The notes: generated from the letters alone by a model not told the origin. Counted from the first letter of the stretch, positions 17,795-28,258 are shown. The stretch is 34,414 nucleotides of DNA from Lachnospiraceae bacterium (GCA_045131145.1 JBGUQP010000445.1:1-34414), one strand, 5' to 3'. Numbers and translations are program-made.

Positions 17795-18976
17795 CTACAG
17801 ATACTTCTTGAGATCATCGACCTTGTTGAGAGCCTCCCAGGGAAGGTCAAGATCGTTACGTCCGAAATGTCCGTATGCAGCCGTCTGCTTGTAGATGGGA
17901 CGACGGAGGTTGAGCATCTTGATTATACCTGCAGGACGAAGATCGAAGTTCTCCCTTACGATCTCAACGAGCTTATCATCCGAAAGCCTGCCTGTTCCGA
18001 AGGTGTCGATCATGATCGATGTAGGCTGTGCTACACCGATAGCGTATGAGAGCTGTATCTCACACTTATCGGCAAGGCCTGCTGCCACGATATTCTTGGC
18101 AACGTATCTTGCGGCATAAGCCGCTGACCTGTCAACCTTTGTGCAGTCCTTACCCGAGAAGGCACCGCCGCCGTGACGGGCATATCCACCGTAGGTATCA
18201 ACTATTATCTTACGTCCGGTAAGACCTGCATCTCCGTGAGGTCCTCCGATAACAAAGCGTCCCGTGGGATTTATGAAGAACTTGGTCTTATCATCTATAA
18301 GTTCCTTAGGAAGCACCGGATCGAAAACGTACTTCTTAATATCCTCATGTATCTGCTCCTGGGTCACGTCATCGTCATGCTGGGTTGAGAGCACAACTGC
18401 CTCAAGCCTTAAGGGCTTACCGTTCTCATCATACTCTACCGACACCTGACTCTTACCATCGGGTCTTAAGTACTTAAGAGTTCCGTCCTTACGCACATCT
18501 GTAAGCCTCTTGGCAAGCTTGTGGGCAAGTGAGATGGGATAAGGCATGTATTCCTCAGTCTCGTTGGTAGCAAAACCGAACATCATGCCCTGGTCGCCGG
18601 CACCTGTATCAAGGTCATCCTTAAGTGAACCCTCCTTGGCTTCAAGAGCCTTGTCAACACCCATGGCTATGTCTGCCGACTGCTCATCGATGGCAACAAG
18701 CACCGCACAGGTATTGCCGTCAAAACCGTATTCACTCTTGGTATAGCCTATTTCCTTTACCGTATCACGGACAACCTTCTGCATGTCAACATAGGCATTG
18801 GTAGTGATCTCGCCGGTTATAAGAACGAAACCGGTACAGCATGCAGTCTCACATGCAACGCGGCTCATCGGATCCTGATCCATGCAGGCATCAAGGATAG
18901 CATCGGATATGGCATCACATACCTTATCGGGATGACCTTCCGTAACCGATTCAGAAGTAAATAAGTATTTCTCCAT
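17795..18976 (-). CDS. metK: S-adenosylmethionine synthase
   Basis: Contains [28 protein letters not shown] and [19 protein letters not shown]. Confidence 0.95.
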   Translation of the reverse strand: MEKYLFTSESVTEGHPDKVCDAISDAILDACMDQDPMSRVACETACCTGFVLITGEITTNAYVDMQKVVRDTVKEIGYTKSEYGFDGNTCAVLVAIDEQSADIAMGVDKALEAKEGSLKDDLDTGAGDQGMMFGFATNETEEYMPYPISLAHKLAKRLTDVRKDGTLKYLRPDGKSQVSVEYDENGKPLRLEAVVLSTQHDDDVTQEQIHEDIKKYVFDPVLPKELIDDKTKFFINPTGRFVIGGPHGDAGLTGRKIIVDTYGGYARHGGGAFSGKDCTKVDRSAAYAARYVAKNIVAAGLADKCEIQLSYAIGVAQPTSIMIDTFGTGRLSDDKLVEIVRENFDLRPAGIIKMLNLRRPIYKQTAAYGHFGRNDLDLPWEALNKVDDLKKYL

Positions 18977-19008
18977 GTTTTTCTCCTTTCCTTGCTCTTT
19001 TGTGAGCT

Positions 19009-19154
19009 AAAAAAAGGTCCGCTTGATAAGCGGACCCGACATAAAACCTCATCAAATCCTCTTATTGCTCGATTGCTCGCTCAGGTTGGCACCTTCCTTA
19101 CGGGGTTGCCGTGGCTTCACAGATCCTATGTATCTCCACCACTCTGAATAAGAG
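19009..19154 (-). promoter_or_regulatory. SAM-I (S-box) riboswitch with an intrinsic-terminator expression platform, in the metK leader
   Basis: The minus-strand RNA reads CUCUUAUUCAGAGUGGUGGAGAUACAUAGGAUCUGUGAAGCCACGGCAACCCCGUAAGGAAGGUGCCAACCUGAGCGAGCAAUCGAGCAAUAAGAG. P1 pairs CUCUUAUU with AAUAAGAG, and the conserved GAGnGG, GAAGCCnnGGCAACC and GGUGCCAA blocks are present. It is followed by GGUCCGC-UUAUCAA-GCGGACC and U7 (19036-19009). Confidence 0.85.
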
Positions 19155-19187
19155 ATTCAAAAACAATATTAGATTTTGATCAGATTT

Positions 19188-19216
19188 AGGATACTATCCC
19201 TTCACGTATAAGTCAA
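19188..19216 (-). promoter_or_regulatory. Candidate promoter for the metK leader (TTGACT-17-TATCCT)
   Basis: On the minus strand, TTGACT is at 19216-19211 and TATCCT at 19193-19188. The -10 element is weak. Confidence 0.35.
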
Positions 19217-19236
19217 GCGTGAAACTGATTTATTTC

Positions 19237-21534
19237 TTATTTATTCTGGGCGTAATAGTTTATGAGACAGCCCTTAAGTATTATCTCCCTTTCATCATCA
19301 GTAAGGTCACCGAGCCTTACAGTAAATTCCTTAAGGTCATCCCCCACAACGTAGCCCTTTATTTCTTCCGTCTTATCTTCGACTGCCTTACGGATCCCCG
19401 GGAAGAAGAGATAGTCCTTATTCTTAAAGGGAAGATCGCCCTCTTTAATAAGGAAGGGAAGCATACCCCAGTTAATAAGATTGGAGCGGTATCTCTTGGT
19501 TGCGTATTCATTGGCTATATTGGCCCATCCGCCAAGCACCTTCTGACAGGATGCTGCCTGTTCACGGGCTGAACCGTCACCCGGCTTAACCGCAAATATA
19601 GTACTTCCGAAGCCTGTGTTGTCCTTGCCTGCATCAGGGAACTCTTTCTTTATATTGTCCATGACCCCCTTAACATCCGCATTGGCTTCACATGGATGTC
19701 CTCCGCTTATCCTTGCATCCTCTGCCTTCTTTATCTCCTTGGCAAGACCCACGTAGTTAGGATCCTTCCTTGAAAGGGTAAACTCGGCAAGGCCAAGAGG
19801 ATTGGACCTGAATGAAGAGGTCTCGCCCGAAGGGATAAGCTCATCCGTTGTGGTAACAGGGTCGTGTATCTCGGATACACACCGAAGTACCAGATTCTCC
19901 GGTAATGCGCTCATCTTCGGCCAGTCCTTGATATTGGGACCGAACTTTATCTCCACATCGGGATCTGCCACACCCTTTGAATCAAATACACGATTCTCAT
20001 ATATTGTCTTATCAAAATGATATTTGTATTTCTTAAGAGTACCCTCTTCAATAAACCTGTCTGCGCCTGTAAGGTATCCCTTGTTTGCTGCGGTTGCGGC
20101 GATCGAACGGGCATCCATGAGCGCAACCGATGATATCTGTCCGTTCTGGAGCTTACTGCCTTCACGGTTGGGGAAATTTCGGGTCGAATGCCTTATTGAA
20201 AAGGCATTATTTGCGGGAGTGTCACCTGCTCCGAAGCAGGGACCGCAGAAGGCAGTCTTAAGCACTGCTCCCGTCTCCATTATCTTAGCTGCACAGCCGT
20301 TCTTTATAAGCTCCATATAAACAGGCATCGAAGCAGGATATACGCTAAGCGTAAATTCATCGGATCCTATGCTCGAGCCGCTTAAGATATCGGCTGCTGC
20401 ACATATATTCTCAAAACCACCGCCGGCACAGCCTGCTATTATTCCCTGGTCAACATAGAGTTTACCGTCCCTAACCTTATTCTTAAGAGTATACTCTACC
20501 TGGCCGTCAAGGCTTACAAGTGCCTTCTTCTCAACATCATCAAGGATATCAAGAAGGTTATCGTTAAGTTCATCAATGGTGTATGTATTACTGGGGTGGA
20601 AGGGCATTGCTATCATGGGTTTAACCGTTGATAAGTCAACCTCGATAAGACCGTCATAATAAGCCACATCACCGGGGTTAAGCTCCTTATATTCTTCCTT
20701 CCTTCCGTGTATATCATAGAATTCCTCTATCTGCTCATCGGTCCTCCAGATGGATGAAAGGCATGTAGTTTCCGTAGTCATAACATCAACACCGATCCTG
20801 AAATCAGCACTTAATGATGAAACGCCGGGACCTACAAATTCCATTACCTTATTCTTGACATATCCGTTTTTAAATACAGCACCTATTATGGCAAGGGCAA
20901 CATCCTGGGGGCCTACACCCGGATTGGGTGCTCCCGTAAGGTATACTGCAACAACACCCGGCCTGTCTATATCATAAGTCCTTAAGAGAAGCTGTTTAAC
21001 AAGTTCGGGACCGCCTTCACCCACTGCCATGGTTCCCAAAGCTCCGTATCTTGTATGTGAATCGGAACCTAGGATCATTTTACCGCAGCCTGAGAGCATT
21101 TCACGGGCAAACTGATGGATGACTGCCTGATGGGGCGGAACATATACTCCGCCGTATTTCTTGGCACAAGTCAGGCCAAACATGTGGTCATCTTCATTTA
21201 TAGTACCGCCGACCGCACACAGAGAGTTGTGGCAGTTGGTGAGCACATAGGGCATAGGGAACTTCTCAAGGCCCGAAGCACGCGCTGTCTGTATGATACC
21301 AACAAAGGTTATATCATGAGATGTAAGCTTATCAAACCGTATCTTAAGCTTATCCATGTTGTCCGAGGTATTATGCTCCTTTAAAATGCCGTAGGCAATG
21401 GTATTCTTTACCGCTTCTTCCTTGTCTGCCTGCCTTCCGGCTGCCTCGGCCACTTTAGCTATCGCATCATCCCTGTCAGGAATGATCGTCTTCCCTTTGA
21501 TAAGATAAACACCGCCATCTTCTAACCTTAACAT
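19237..21534 (-). CDS. Aconitase-superfamily hydratase (765 aa; annotatable as aconitate hydratase, substrate not proven)
   Basis: Fe-S ligand and substrate motifs [22 protein letters not shown] and [12 protein letters not shown]. The swivel domain contains [24 protein letters not shown] upstream. Confidence 0.85.
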   Translation of the reverse strand: MLRLEDGGVYLIKGKTIIPDRDDAIAKVAEAAGRQADKEEAVKNTIAYGILKEHNTSDNMDKLKIRFDKLTSHDITFVGIIQTARASGLEKFPMPYVLTNCHNSLCAVGGTINEDDHMFGLTCAKKYGGVYVPPHQAVIHQFAREMLSGCGKMILGSDSHTRYGALGTMAVGEGGPELVKQLLLRTYDIDRPGVVAVYLTGAPNPGVGPQDVALAIIGAVFKNGYVKNKVMEFVGPGVSSLSADFRIGVDVMTTETTCLSSIWRTDEQIEEFYDIHGRKEEYKELNPGDVAYYDGLIEVDLSTVKPMIAMPFHPSNTYTIDELNDNLLDILDDVEKKALVSLDGQVEYTLKNKVRDGKLYVDQGIIAGCAGGGFENICAAADILSGSSIGSDEFTLSVYPASMPVYMELIKNGCAAKIMETGAVLKTAFCGPCFGAGDTPANNAFSIRHSTRNFPNREGSKLQNGQISSVALMDARSIAATAANKGYLTGADRFIEEGTLKKYKYHFDKTIYENRVFDSKGVADPDVEIKFGPNIKDWPKMSALPENLVLRCVSEIHDPVTTTDELIPSGETSSFRSNPLGLAEFTLSRKDPNYVGLAKEIKKAEDARISGGHPCEANADVKGVMDNIKKEFPDAGKDNTGFGSTIFAVKPGDGSAREQAASCQKVLGGWANIANEYATKRYRSNLINWGMLPFLIKEGDLPFKNKDYLFFPGIRKAVEDKTEEIKGYVVGDDLKEFTVRLGDLTDDEREIILKGCLINYYAQNK

Positions 21535-21553
21535 GACTGTCCTCCTGAATTAT

Positions 21554-22084
21554 TTAAGCTGAAACCGATTTATATGTGTCAGAGTTTAAATCCTGTGAAT
21601 CTTCCAGTGATAAATGACGCTTTACGGGAAGCAGGGCATGTAAGAGTGCCGATCCCAGGATCATACACGAAATGACCTCTCCTGCTCCTACTGTGAGCAT
21701 CTGCAGGGGAATCCCTCCCGGGATCTTATATACATATGTAAGTATAAAAGGAATTATAAGGCAATTTGATACAACGGGCGGAATAGTAACAAGGAACTTA
21801 CTCTTTCTTAAATACCATGAGCCCACCGCACCGATAAGAGTCGCCAGTGAACCGAATATCACATCGGGAAGCATACATCCCGTAATAAGGTTACTTATGA
21901 GACATCCTATTGCAAGACCCGGTATGGCAGCCGGTGTGAAAAAGGGCAGTATGGTCATAGCCTCCGAAAACCTTACCTGGATCATACCGCTTGCAAGATT
22001 AAAACCTGCCGCTACGACAGTAAGTACAGTGTAAACAGCTGCGATAACAGCTGCCTGAGTGATAAATAAAACCTTCTTATTCAT
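21554..22084 (-). CDS. queT: QueT-family queuosine-precursor transporter (ECF S-component-like)
   Basis: Contains MNKKVLFITQAAVIAAVYTVLTV...IQVRFSEAMTILPFFTPAAIPGLAIGCLISNLITG... The ATG at 22084 is preceded by AAAGGAGGA. The track's start at 22147 runs through the leader RNA. Confidence 0.85.
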   Translation of the reverse strand: MNKKVLFITQAAVIAAVYTVLTVVAAGFNLASGMIQVRFSEAMTILPFFTPAAIPGLAIGCLISNLITGCMLPDVIFGSLATLIGAVGSWYLRKSKFLVTIPPVVSNCLIIPFILTYVYKIPGGIPLQMLTVGAGEVISCMILGSALLHALLPVKRHLSLEDSQDLNSDTYKSVSA

Positions 22085-22140
22085 TTGATCCTCCTTTAGG
22101 ATTGGAAAAATAATTCCGGATGGGAAGGAGCTAACATCCG
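22085..22140 (-). promoter_or_regulatory. Candidate preQ1 riboswitch of the class II type (SD-sequestering pseudoknot) in the queT leader
   Basis: The minus-strand RNA reads CGGAUG-UUAGCUCCUUCC-CAUCCG GAAUUAUUUUUCCAAUCCUAAAGGAGGAUCAA-AUG. It has a 6-bp stem. As I recall it, the 12-nt loop resembles the preQ1-II loop CUUAGCUUCUUU. Loop CUCCUU (22130-22125) is complementary to the SD AAGGAG (22096-22091). The queT context is the canonical one for preQ1 riboswitches. No covariance model was run. Confidence 0.5.
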
Positions 22141-22285
22141 TTTGCAACTTTGCAAGTATATCATATAAAAATCAAATATTCAAATATATTTACGTCATTG
22201 ACTTTTATCATGAATATTTTTATACTGAAAGTGTGACTTTTTCGTCAAATGTGACTATAAAAGTTTTAAATGGCCAGGTTATTTT

Positions 22286-23368
22286 ATGAAACGTGTAAGA
22301 ACATCCGAACTACTCCCGGGAATGACCACTGCCGAGGATGTATATTCGTATAACAATCAGATGATAGTACCGAATAATACGGTACTTACAGATAAGATGA
22401 TAACCCGTCTTGAGTTCTACTCGGTTCTCGCTGTAAGGATCAAGGATGAGATCCCTCCGGTTCAGGAAGAAGTGAGTCCTTTTGATCTGCCCTCCTATTC
22501 TGAGAGGGTCAAGGCCAGCAAGGAGTTTAAGGAGTTTGAGAAGACCTTTATCGCAACAACAGAGGAATTCAAGCAGAATCTAAGATCGATAGTCGATGAC
22601 AGGGCCCCGATAAACACCGAGGAGCTCTTCGACCATATCGCAAACCTCATGGCTACACAGTCAACAAGCGTATCCATTTTCGACATGCTTCATAATATGA
22701 GGCAGTATGATGATCTGACCTATGCACACTCGATAAATGTCGGCCTTATCTGCAATGTCTTTGCCAAATGGCTTAAACTCCCTCCATCGGAGGTGGAAAA
22801 GCTTACCTTGTGCGGCCTTCTTCATGATATAGGCAAGCTTGTGATCCCTGACAATATAATCCGCAAGCCCGATAAGCTCACACCGAATGAATATAATATA
22901 GTTAAGACCCATACTCTTCAGGGTTACAATATACTTAAAAATTACGACAATATCAATAACGATATTAGGGAAGCAGCCCTTATGCACCATGAGCGGTGCG
23001 ACGGTACGGGTTATCCGCTTGGGCTTACGGGTGATAAGATAAACAAGTATGCCAAGATAGTCGCAATAGCGGATGTTTATGATGCCATGACGGCCGCCAG
23101 GGTTTACAGGGGTCCGCTGTGTCCCTTCAAGGTTATCGGTATTTTCGAGTCGGAAGGCCTTAATAAATACGACAGCAAGTTTATCCTTGTCTTTCTTGAG
23201 CACATAGCAAGCACCTATATCAAGAACCGGGTAAGGCTTAACAACGGTATGGAGGGTGAGGTCGTCTTCATGAACAAGACAGCTCTGTCAAGACCCATGA
23301 TCCAATGCAGGAACCGCTTTGTTGACTTATCCAAGGAACCTGACATCTATATAGAGACATTTGTTTAA
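22286..23368 (+). CDS. HD-GYP domain protein (probable c-di-GMP phosphodiesterase) with an N-terminal DUF3391-like domain
   Basis: Contains HSINVGLI, LHDIGKLVIP and HHERCDGTGYPLGL (the HD and GYP signatures). It is the only plus-strand gene. Confidence 0.9.
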   Translation: MKRVRTSELLPGMTTAEDVYSYNNQMIVPNNTVLTDKMITRLEFYSVLAVRIKDEIPPVQEEVSPFDLPSYSERVKASKEFKEFEKTFIATTEEFKQNLRSIVDDRAPINTEELFDHIANLMATQSTSVSIFDMLHNMRQYDDLTYAHSINVGLICNVFAKWLKLPPSEVEKLTLCGLLHDIGKLVIPDNIIRKPDKLTPNEYNIVKTHTLQGYNILKNYDNINNDIREAALMHHERCDGTGYPLGLTGDKINKYAKIVAIADVYDAMTAARVYRGPLCPFKVIGIFESEGLNKYDSKFILVFLEHIASTYIKNRVRLNNGMEGEVVFMNKTALSRPMIQCRNRFVDLSKEPDIYIETFV

Positions 23369-23398
23369 AAAGCCATCGGTTCTCACCGATGGCTTTTT
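23367..23398. terminator. Bidirectional rho-independent terminator between the convergent HD-GYP and ABC-operon genes
   Basis: AAAAAGCCATCGGT-TCTC-ACCGATGGCTTTTT: a 9-bp GC-rich core stem flanked by an A5 tract on one side and a T5 tract on the other. Confidence 0.85.
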
Positions 23399-23440
23399 CA
23401 TGTTTTTCCGGCTTATATTTTTCTTCGAACACGATATCTG

Positions 23441-24499
23441 CTATGGAACGGTTACCGGATAGGCTTTCCCGTCTATCTTCACACTCCTTACACTGTCATC
23501 GGCACTGAAGATATCCTCATCAACATATTCATATTTATCGGGAATGATCCCATCCCTTAAGTTCTTGATGATCTTCTCAACCCTCGGACCGTGCAGGGGA
23601 TTGCATTCACCTATGCAGGTTATCTTCCCGTTCCTTACTGCCTCAACGGCCTGATCACTTGATCCGTCAAAGGCAAGTACCATTATCTCACCGTGCCTTA
23701 TATCACTTCCGACTGTCTTACCTTCAGCTTCTATCGCATCTATGGCACCAAAGGCTTCATTGTCATTTTCGCAGTAGACAACGTTTATGTCATCATACTG
23801 GCGTAAGAACCTTGACATTACTTCCCTTCCCTTAGCCTGGGTAAAGTCACCCGACCTCTCATCAAGGAGGTTCCACCCGTATTCATTAACGGCTGCCCTG
23901 AGTGACTTGGTCCTTCCAAGCTCTGCCGAAGCACCTTCCGTTCCCTTGATATTTACGATATTTATATCACTTGGATAGATATGATTGGCCTTGCAGTATT
24001 CATTGAGCCATTCACAGACCTTTTTTCCTTCAAGTTCAAAATCAGACCCAACCCAGCAGGTAAAAAGATCGGGATCATCCACATTGACCATCCTGTCCAC
24101 CAGGATCACTGGAATATCTGCATCTCTTGCTTCCGTAAGGACTGTATTCCATCCGTCCTCGATAACCGGTGCCAGTACTATATAGTCGACTTCCTTCTGT
24201 ATGAAAGTACGTATGGCCGTTATCTGATTCTGCTGCTTCTGCTGGCCGTCATCATATATGAGGTCAAACCCGTTCTCGGGTGAAAAGGCTTCCTTCATTG
24301 ACTCGGTATTAATGTTCCTCCAGTCCGATTCGGCTCCGACCTGGGAAAAGCCGACACTGATAAGGCTCTTTTCGTCAACCGGTTCGCCTGTTTTTTTTAC
24401 AGCAGAATTACCGGGTGCATTACTACACCCGGTAAATATCATTGAAATAAGTGTTATCAGCGCTGTTGCTGTTGTTATAGGTTTTCTCATAGCTGACAT
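23441..24499 (-). CDS. Second periplasmic-type sugar-binding lipoprotein (YtfQ-like, PBP type I). The start is uncertain; 24490 is an alternative.
   Basis: Lipobox LISMIFTGCSN. The region ISVGFSQVGAESDWRNINTESMKEAF...DDGQQKQQNQITAIRTFIQKEVDYIVLAPV...IPVILVDR...WVGSDF closely parallels E. coli YtfQ as I recall it. It is a paralogue of 28259..29401. Confidence 0.8.
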   Translation of the reverse strand: MSAMRKPITTATALITLISMIFTGCSNAPGNSAVKKTGEPVDEKSLISVGFSQVGAESDWRNINTESMKEAFSPENGFDLIYDDGQQKQQNQITAIRTFIQKEVDYIVLAPVIEDGWNTVLTEARDADIPVILVDRMVNVDDPDLFTCWVGSDFELEGKKVCEWLNEYCKANHIYPSDINIVNIKGTEGASAELGRTKSLRAAVNEYGWNLLDERSGDFTQAKGREVMSRFLRQYDDINVVYCENDNEAFGAIDAIEAEGKTVGSDIRHGEIMVLAFDGSSDQAVEAVRNGKITCIGECNPLHGPRVEKIIKNLRDGIIPDKYEYVDEDIFSADDSVRSVKIDGKAYPVTVP

Positions 24500-24530
24500 T
24501 ATACTAAAGAAATACTTTTCTGTATATATA

Positions 24531-25559
24531 TTAACGGAGCTTCTTGCTACGTATAGCAGCAAATATACTCTGTATTACTATAAAGAGGAAGAGCAGAGCC
24601 GCCGTTAATATATTAGGCCATGAGCTTGCCAGCTTACCGTTGGTCTTAACTATCGAGGATATGGTTCCGTTTATGAGAACACCGAAGAAAGAACCAAGCA
24701 CGTTACCTACACCACCGGTAAGGAGCGTACCACCGATAACCGCCGATGATATGGCATCCATCTCAAGACCTAGAGCCTGCTGAACAGAACCCGACATCGT
24801 GTTAAGCGAGAAACATATTCCACCTATTGAACACAGGAAGGATGATAATACGTAAGCCCTCAACTTAACAGACTTGATATTAAGACCCATCATTGCTGCC
24901 GACTGCTCGTTGCCGCCTACCGCATAAAGGCTTCTTCCGAACCTTGTATGCCTTAACATGATGAATATGATTACTAAAACGATAAGGGCGATAACAACAT
25001 TTATACGGATATAGGGGGCATTGTAAACACCCTTGTTATTTACATATCCGCCAAAGGGAAGCTTGATCTTGTAATTGGCCCAGGCATAATAAAGAGGTGA
25101 TGTATCCTTGGTTATCGAAACCTGGTCTGTTGATATAACAGCCGTCATTCCTCTTGTAAAGAACATACCTGCCATCGATACGATAAAGGGCTGGATATTA
25201 AGATATCCTACGAAAAATCCCTGCATAAGTCCGAAAACGAGACCCGTCACTATAACAAGGAGTACCATCACAGGTGCCGGGATTCCACTGTTTATTCCTA
25301 CCGCAAGCATCATACAGTCCATTGCAACAAGACCGCCGACCGAAATATCGATTCCGGCGGTTAACATTACACATGTCATTCCGGAAGCAATACATATAAG
25401 TCCTGCATTTGTTATAAGTATGTTAAGGAAGGTCTGTAAATGGGTAAATCCCTTCTTGCTGTAGAGGATACATCCTAACATATATAACACGATAAAGAGT
25501 ACTATAGTAATAAGAAGCAGTATGGTGTGGCTGTTTAAGTTAAGTTTCTTGCTTTTCAT
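24531..25559 (-). CDS. Sugar ABC transporter permease (YjfF-like)
   Basis: 342 aa, multi-TM, BPD_transp_2-type (ribose/galactofuranose family). It starts immediately after the previous permease gene. Confidence 0.9.
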   Translation of the reverse strand: MKSKKLNLNSHTILLLITIVLFIVLYMLGCILYSKKGFTHLQTFLNILITNAGLICIASGMTCVMLTAGIDISVGGLVAMDCMMLAVGINSGIPAPVMVLLVIVTGLVFGLMQGFFVGYLNIQPFIVSMAGMFFTRGMTAVISTDQVSITKDTSPLYYAWANYKIKLPFGGYVNNKGVYNAPYIRINVVIALIVLVIIFIMLRHTRFGRSLYAVGGNEQSAAMMGLNIKSVKLRAYVLSSFLCSIGGICFSLNTMSGSVQQALGLEMDAISSAVIGGTLLTGGVGNVLGSFFGVLINGTISSIVKTNGKLASSWPNILTAALLFLFIVIQSIFAAIRSKKLR

Positions 25560-26642
25560 TTATGCCACCCCCTTTGATGTCTTGTTTAGTTTTCTCTTTC
25601 TTACAAATGCCTTAACGGGCGGTGCCTGTATAGCTACGATTATTATGACAATTATAGCCTTGAAAACAGGTGCCTGGTTGGTCGATACACCCAGTGCATA
25701 CAGGGTAGTGGTTATAGCCTGTATAGTATAGGCACCGATTATCGAACCTGCCAGTGAGAACTTGCCGCCGCCAAGTGAATTGCCGCCAAGGGCAACCGCA
25801 AGGATGGCATCCATCTCAAGATAAAGACCGATATTATTGGAATCGGCGGACGTGATCCTTGAAGATGCAACTATTCCGGCTATTCCTGCAAAGAGTCCGC
25901 ATACGATATAGGCAAGATGTATGATCATCTTGGAATTAAGACCTGCTATACGCGAAGCCTTTGAATTGATACCAACCGACTGGATATACATTCCCAGTGC
26001 CGTCTTTCTTAAAATAACCGACAGGATGGCAATGCATATGGCAGTTATTATGATAGGAGTCGGGATCGGTCCAAGGAAACTTCCGAAGAATCCGAAGCTG
26101 TCATTTCTTACATATACAATAAGATCGTTACAAAGAAGAAGTCCTATCGCACGTGCTGCCGAATACAGGATCAGTGTCGCGACCATGGGCTGGATGTTAA
26201 ACCTGGCAACCAGCAATCCGTTGAAGGCTCCGCAAACACATCCCATAAAGATTGCCGCAAGAAGACCTACTATAAGGGGAACCGCAAGTTCATTGGTTGA
26301 CGAAACACCGTAGCCTGCAAGGAGCATACAGCAGAAAGATGCTGAAAGACTCATTACCGAACCAACAGATATATCCGTTCCGGCTGAAGCCGATACAACT
26401 AAGGTCATACCAAGGGCAAGAAGTGCTGCTTCTGATCCCCTGTTTAAGATATCTATGATCCTGCCGTAGAATATCGTTCCGTTTCCGGTCGTCTGCTGCA
26501 GGGTTATTGTAAAGAATGAAAAAGGTCCGGCTCCGGTAGCTGCATCATGTATAATATTTATGGCCATGACCAGTATCATCGCAACAACAGGTAACAGGAG
26601 CTGTGACTTTTTTATCTTTTTCCACATTACTTGTGCATTCAT
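25560..26642 (-). CDS. Sugar ABC transporter permease (YtfT-like)
   Basis: 360 aa, multi-TM. ATGA start/stop overlap with the ATPase gene. Confidence 0.9.
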   Translation of the reverse strand: MNAQVMWKKIKKSQLLLPVVAMILVMAINIIHDAATGAGPFSFFTITLQQTTGNGTIFYGRIIDILNRGSEAALLALGMTLVVSASAGTDISVGSVMSLSASFCCMLLAGYGVSSTNELAVPLIVGLLAAIFMGCVCGAFNGLLVARFNIQPMVATLILYSAARAIGLLLCNDLIVYVRNDSFGFFGSFLGPIPTPIIITAICIAILSVILRKTALGMYIQSVGINSKASRIAGLNSKMIIHLAYIVCGLFAGIAGIVASSRITSADSNNIGLYLEMDAILAVALGGNSLGGGKFSLAGSIIGAYTIQAITTTLYALGVSTNQAPVFKAIIVIIIVAIQAPPVKAFVRKRKLNKTSKGVA

Positions 26643-28153
26643 TTGTTGTCACCTCCCGCTATTGATTTCATTACTCTTTCTTCGGTAAGATCACCGTCAA
26701 GTTCATCTACCTTCTCACCATCCCTCATGATTATCATCCTGGAACAGGTACGGAGCATTTCCGATATTTCGGATGATATGAACATGATCGATTTACCTTC
26801 CTTAGCAAGCTCTAAGACGAGCTTCTGTATCTCTGTCTTGGTTCCGACATCAATACCCCTTGTAGGCTCATCAAGGATAAGAAAATCAGGATTTGTTGCA
26901 AGCCAGCGTGCAAGTATAACCTTTTGCTGGTTACCGCCGGAGAGCTGCTTTACAAGAGTCTCGCGGCTGGGCGTCTTTATTGAGAGAAGTTCTATATATT
27001 TATCAGCAAGCTCATTCTGCTGCTGTCTTGTCATAAGCTTGAACATTCCGTTCTTGGACTGAAGTGCAAGTATTATGTTCTCTCTTATTGAAAGATCGTC
27101 GATTATACCCTCTGCCTTACGGTCATCGGGAAGCATTCCCATGCCAAGGTTCATAGCATCTATGGGCTGGTTTATCTTAACTTCCTGTTCTTTAACCTTT
27201 AAGGTACCGGAATTAGCCTTGTCCGCACCGTATATGGAACGTGCCAGTTCGCTTCGTCCGCTTCCCAAAAGGCCGCCGACACCGATAACTTCACCTTTAT
27301 GTATATCCAGATCAAAAGGCTTTACCGTTCCTGTGTGGCCCAGTCCCCTTGCAGATATAACAAGTTCATCACTCACTGAATTGCTTTCATCCGATTTGAT
27401 CGACTTAAGATCGTCAAAATCCTTACCCATCATGGCTGCCACAAGCTTAAGCCTGGGAAGGTCAACTATCGGATACTCACCAACCAGCCTTCCGTTACGA
27501 AGAACCGTTATCCTGTCGCAGACCGCATATACCTGCTCAAGGAAGTGAGTAACAAATATGATACCAACGCCCTTACTCTTAAGCATGCGCATAACGTTGA
27601 AGAGCTTCTCAACTTCTTCGTCATCGAGAGATGATGTAGGCTCATCAAGGATAAGCACCTTACAGTCCATATCAACCGCTCGTGCAATAGCTACCATCTG
27701 CTGGATGGCAAGGGAATAATTCTCAAGGTTCCTCTGAACATCAACGGCTATACCCAGCTCATCCATTATCTTCTGAGCCCTTTCGGTATAAGCCTTACGA
27801 TCTATTGTCCCAAACTTGGTAAGAGGTTCCCTTCCTATGAAGAGATTCTCGGCAACCGATAAGTTGGGACATAAATTTACTTCCTGGTATACGGTTGAGA
27901 TCCCTACTTCCTGCGCATCCTTGGTGGAATGATTGCGTACAGGTTCCGCAATACCATCCACGTGGATCTCACCCTCTTCAAAATCGTTTATACCGGTAAG
28001 ACACTTTATCAGTGTTGATTTTCCCGCTCCGTTCTCACCCATTAATGCATGTATCTCACCCTTTCTTAAGGTAAAGTCAACATGGTCGAGTGCAACTACG
28101 CCGGGAAAGGTCATTGAAATCTGTCTCGCAGTCAGAACTACATTATCTTCCAC
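26639..28153 (-). CDS. Sugar ABC transporter ATP-binding protein with duplicated ABC domains (YtfR/RbsA-like)
   Basis: Walker A motifs GENGAGKST and GLLGSGRSE, signature LSGGNQQK, and Walker B motifs VLILDEPT and FLILDEPT. GTG start with GGAGGA 7 nt upstream. Confidence 0.95.
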   Translation of the reverse strand: MEDNVVLTARQISMTFPGVVALDHVDFTLRKGEIHALMGENGAGKSTLIKCLTGINDFEEGEIHVDGIAEPVRNHSTKDAQEVGISTVYQEVNLCPNLSVAENLFIGREPLTKFGTIDRKAYTERAQKIMDELGIAVDVQRNLENYSLAIQQMVAIARAVDMDCKVLILDEPTSSLDDEEVEKLFNVMRMLKSKGVGIIFVTHFLEQVYAVCDRITVLRNGRLVGEYPIVDLPRLKLVAAMMGKDFDDLKSIKSDESNSVSDELVISARGLGHTGTVKPFDLDIHKGEVIGVGGLLGSGRSELARSIYGADKANSGTLKVKEQEVKINQPIDAMNLGMGMLPDDRKAEGIIDDLSIRENIILALQSKNGMFKLMTRQQQNELADKYIELLSIKTPSRETLVKQLSGGNQQKVILARWLATNPDFLILDEPTRGIDVGTKTEIQKLVLELAKEGKSIMFISSEISEMLRTCSRMIIMRDGEKVDELDGDLTEERVMKSIAGGDNK

Positions 28154-28191
28154 GATCGCTTCCTCCGTTATTCGTCAGCTGTCATTTCGTT

Positions 28192-28223
28192 AAAAAGGGG
28201 AGGGAGTAAGAAACTCCCTCCCC
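28192..28223 (-). terminator. Strong hairpin plus T-tract between the binding-protein gene and the ATPase gene (intra-operon terminator/attenuator)
   Basis: The minus strand reads GGGGAGGGAGT-TTCTT-ACTCCCTCCCC followed by TTTTT. Confidence 0.7.
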
Positions 28224-28258
28224 ATATGTTACATAATGTTTTTGTTGATAAGTGTATC

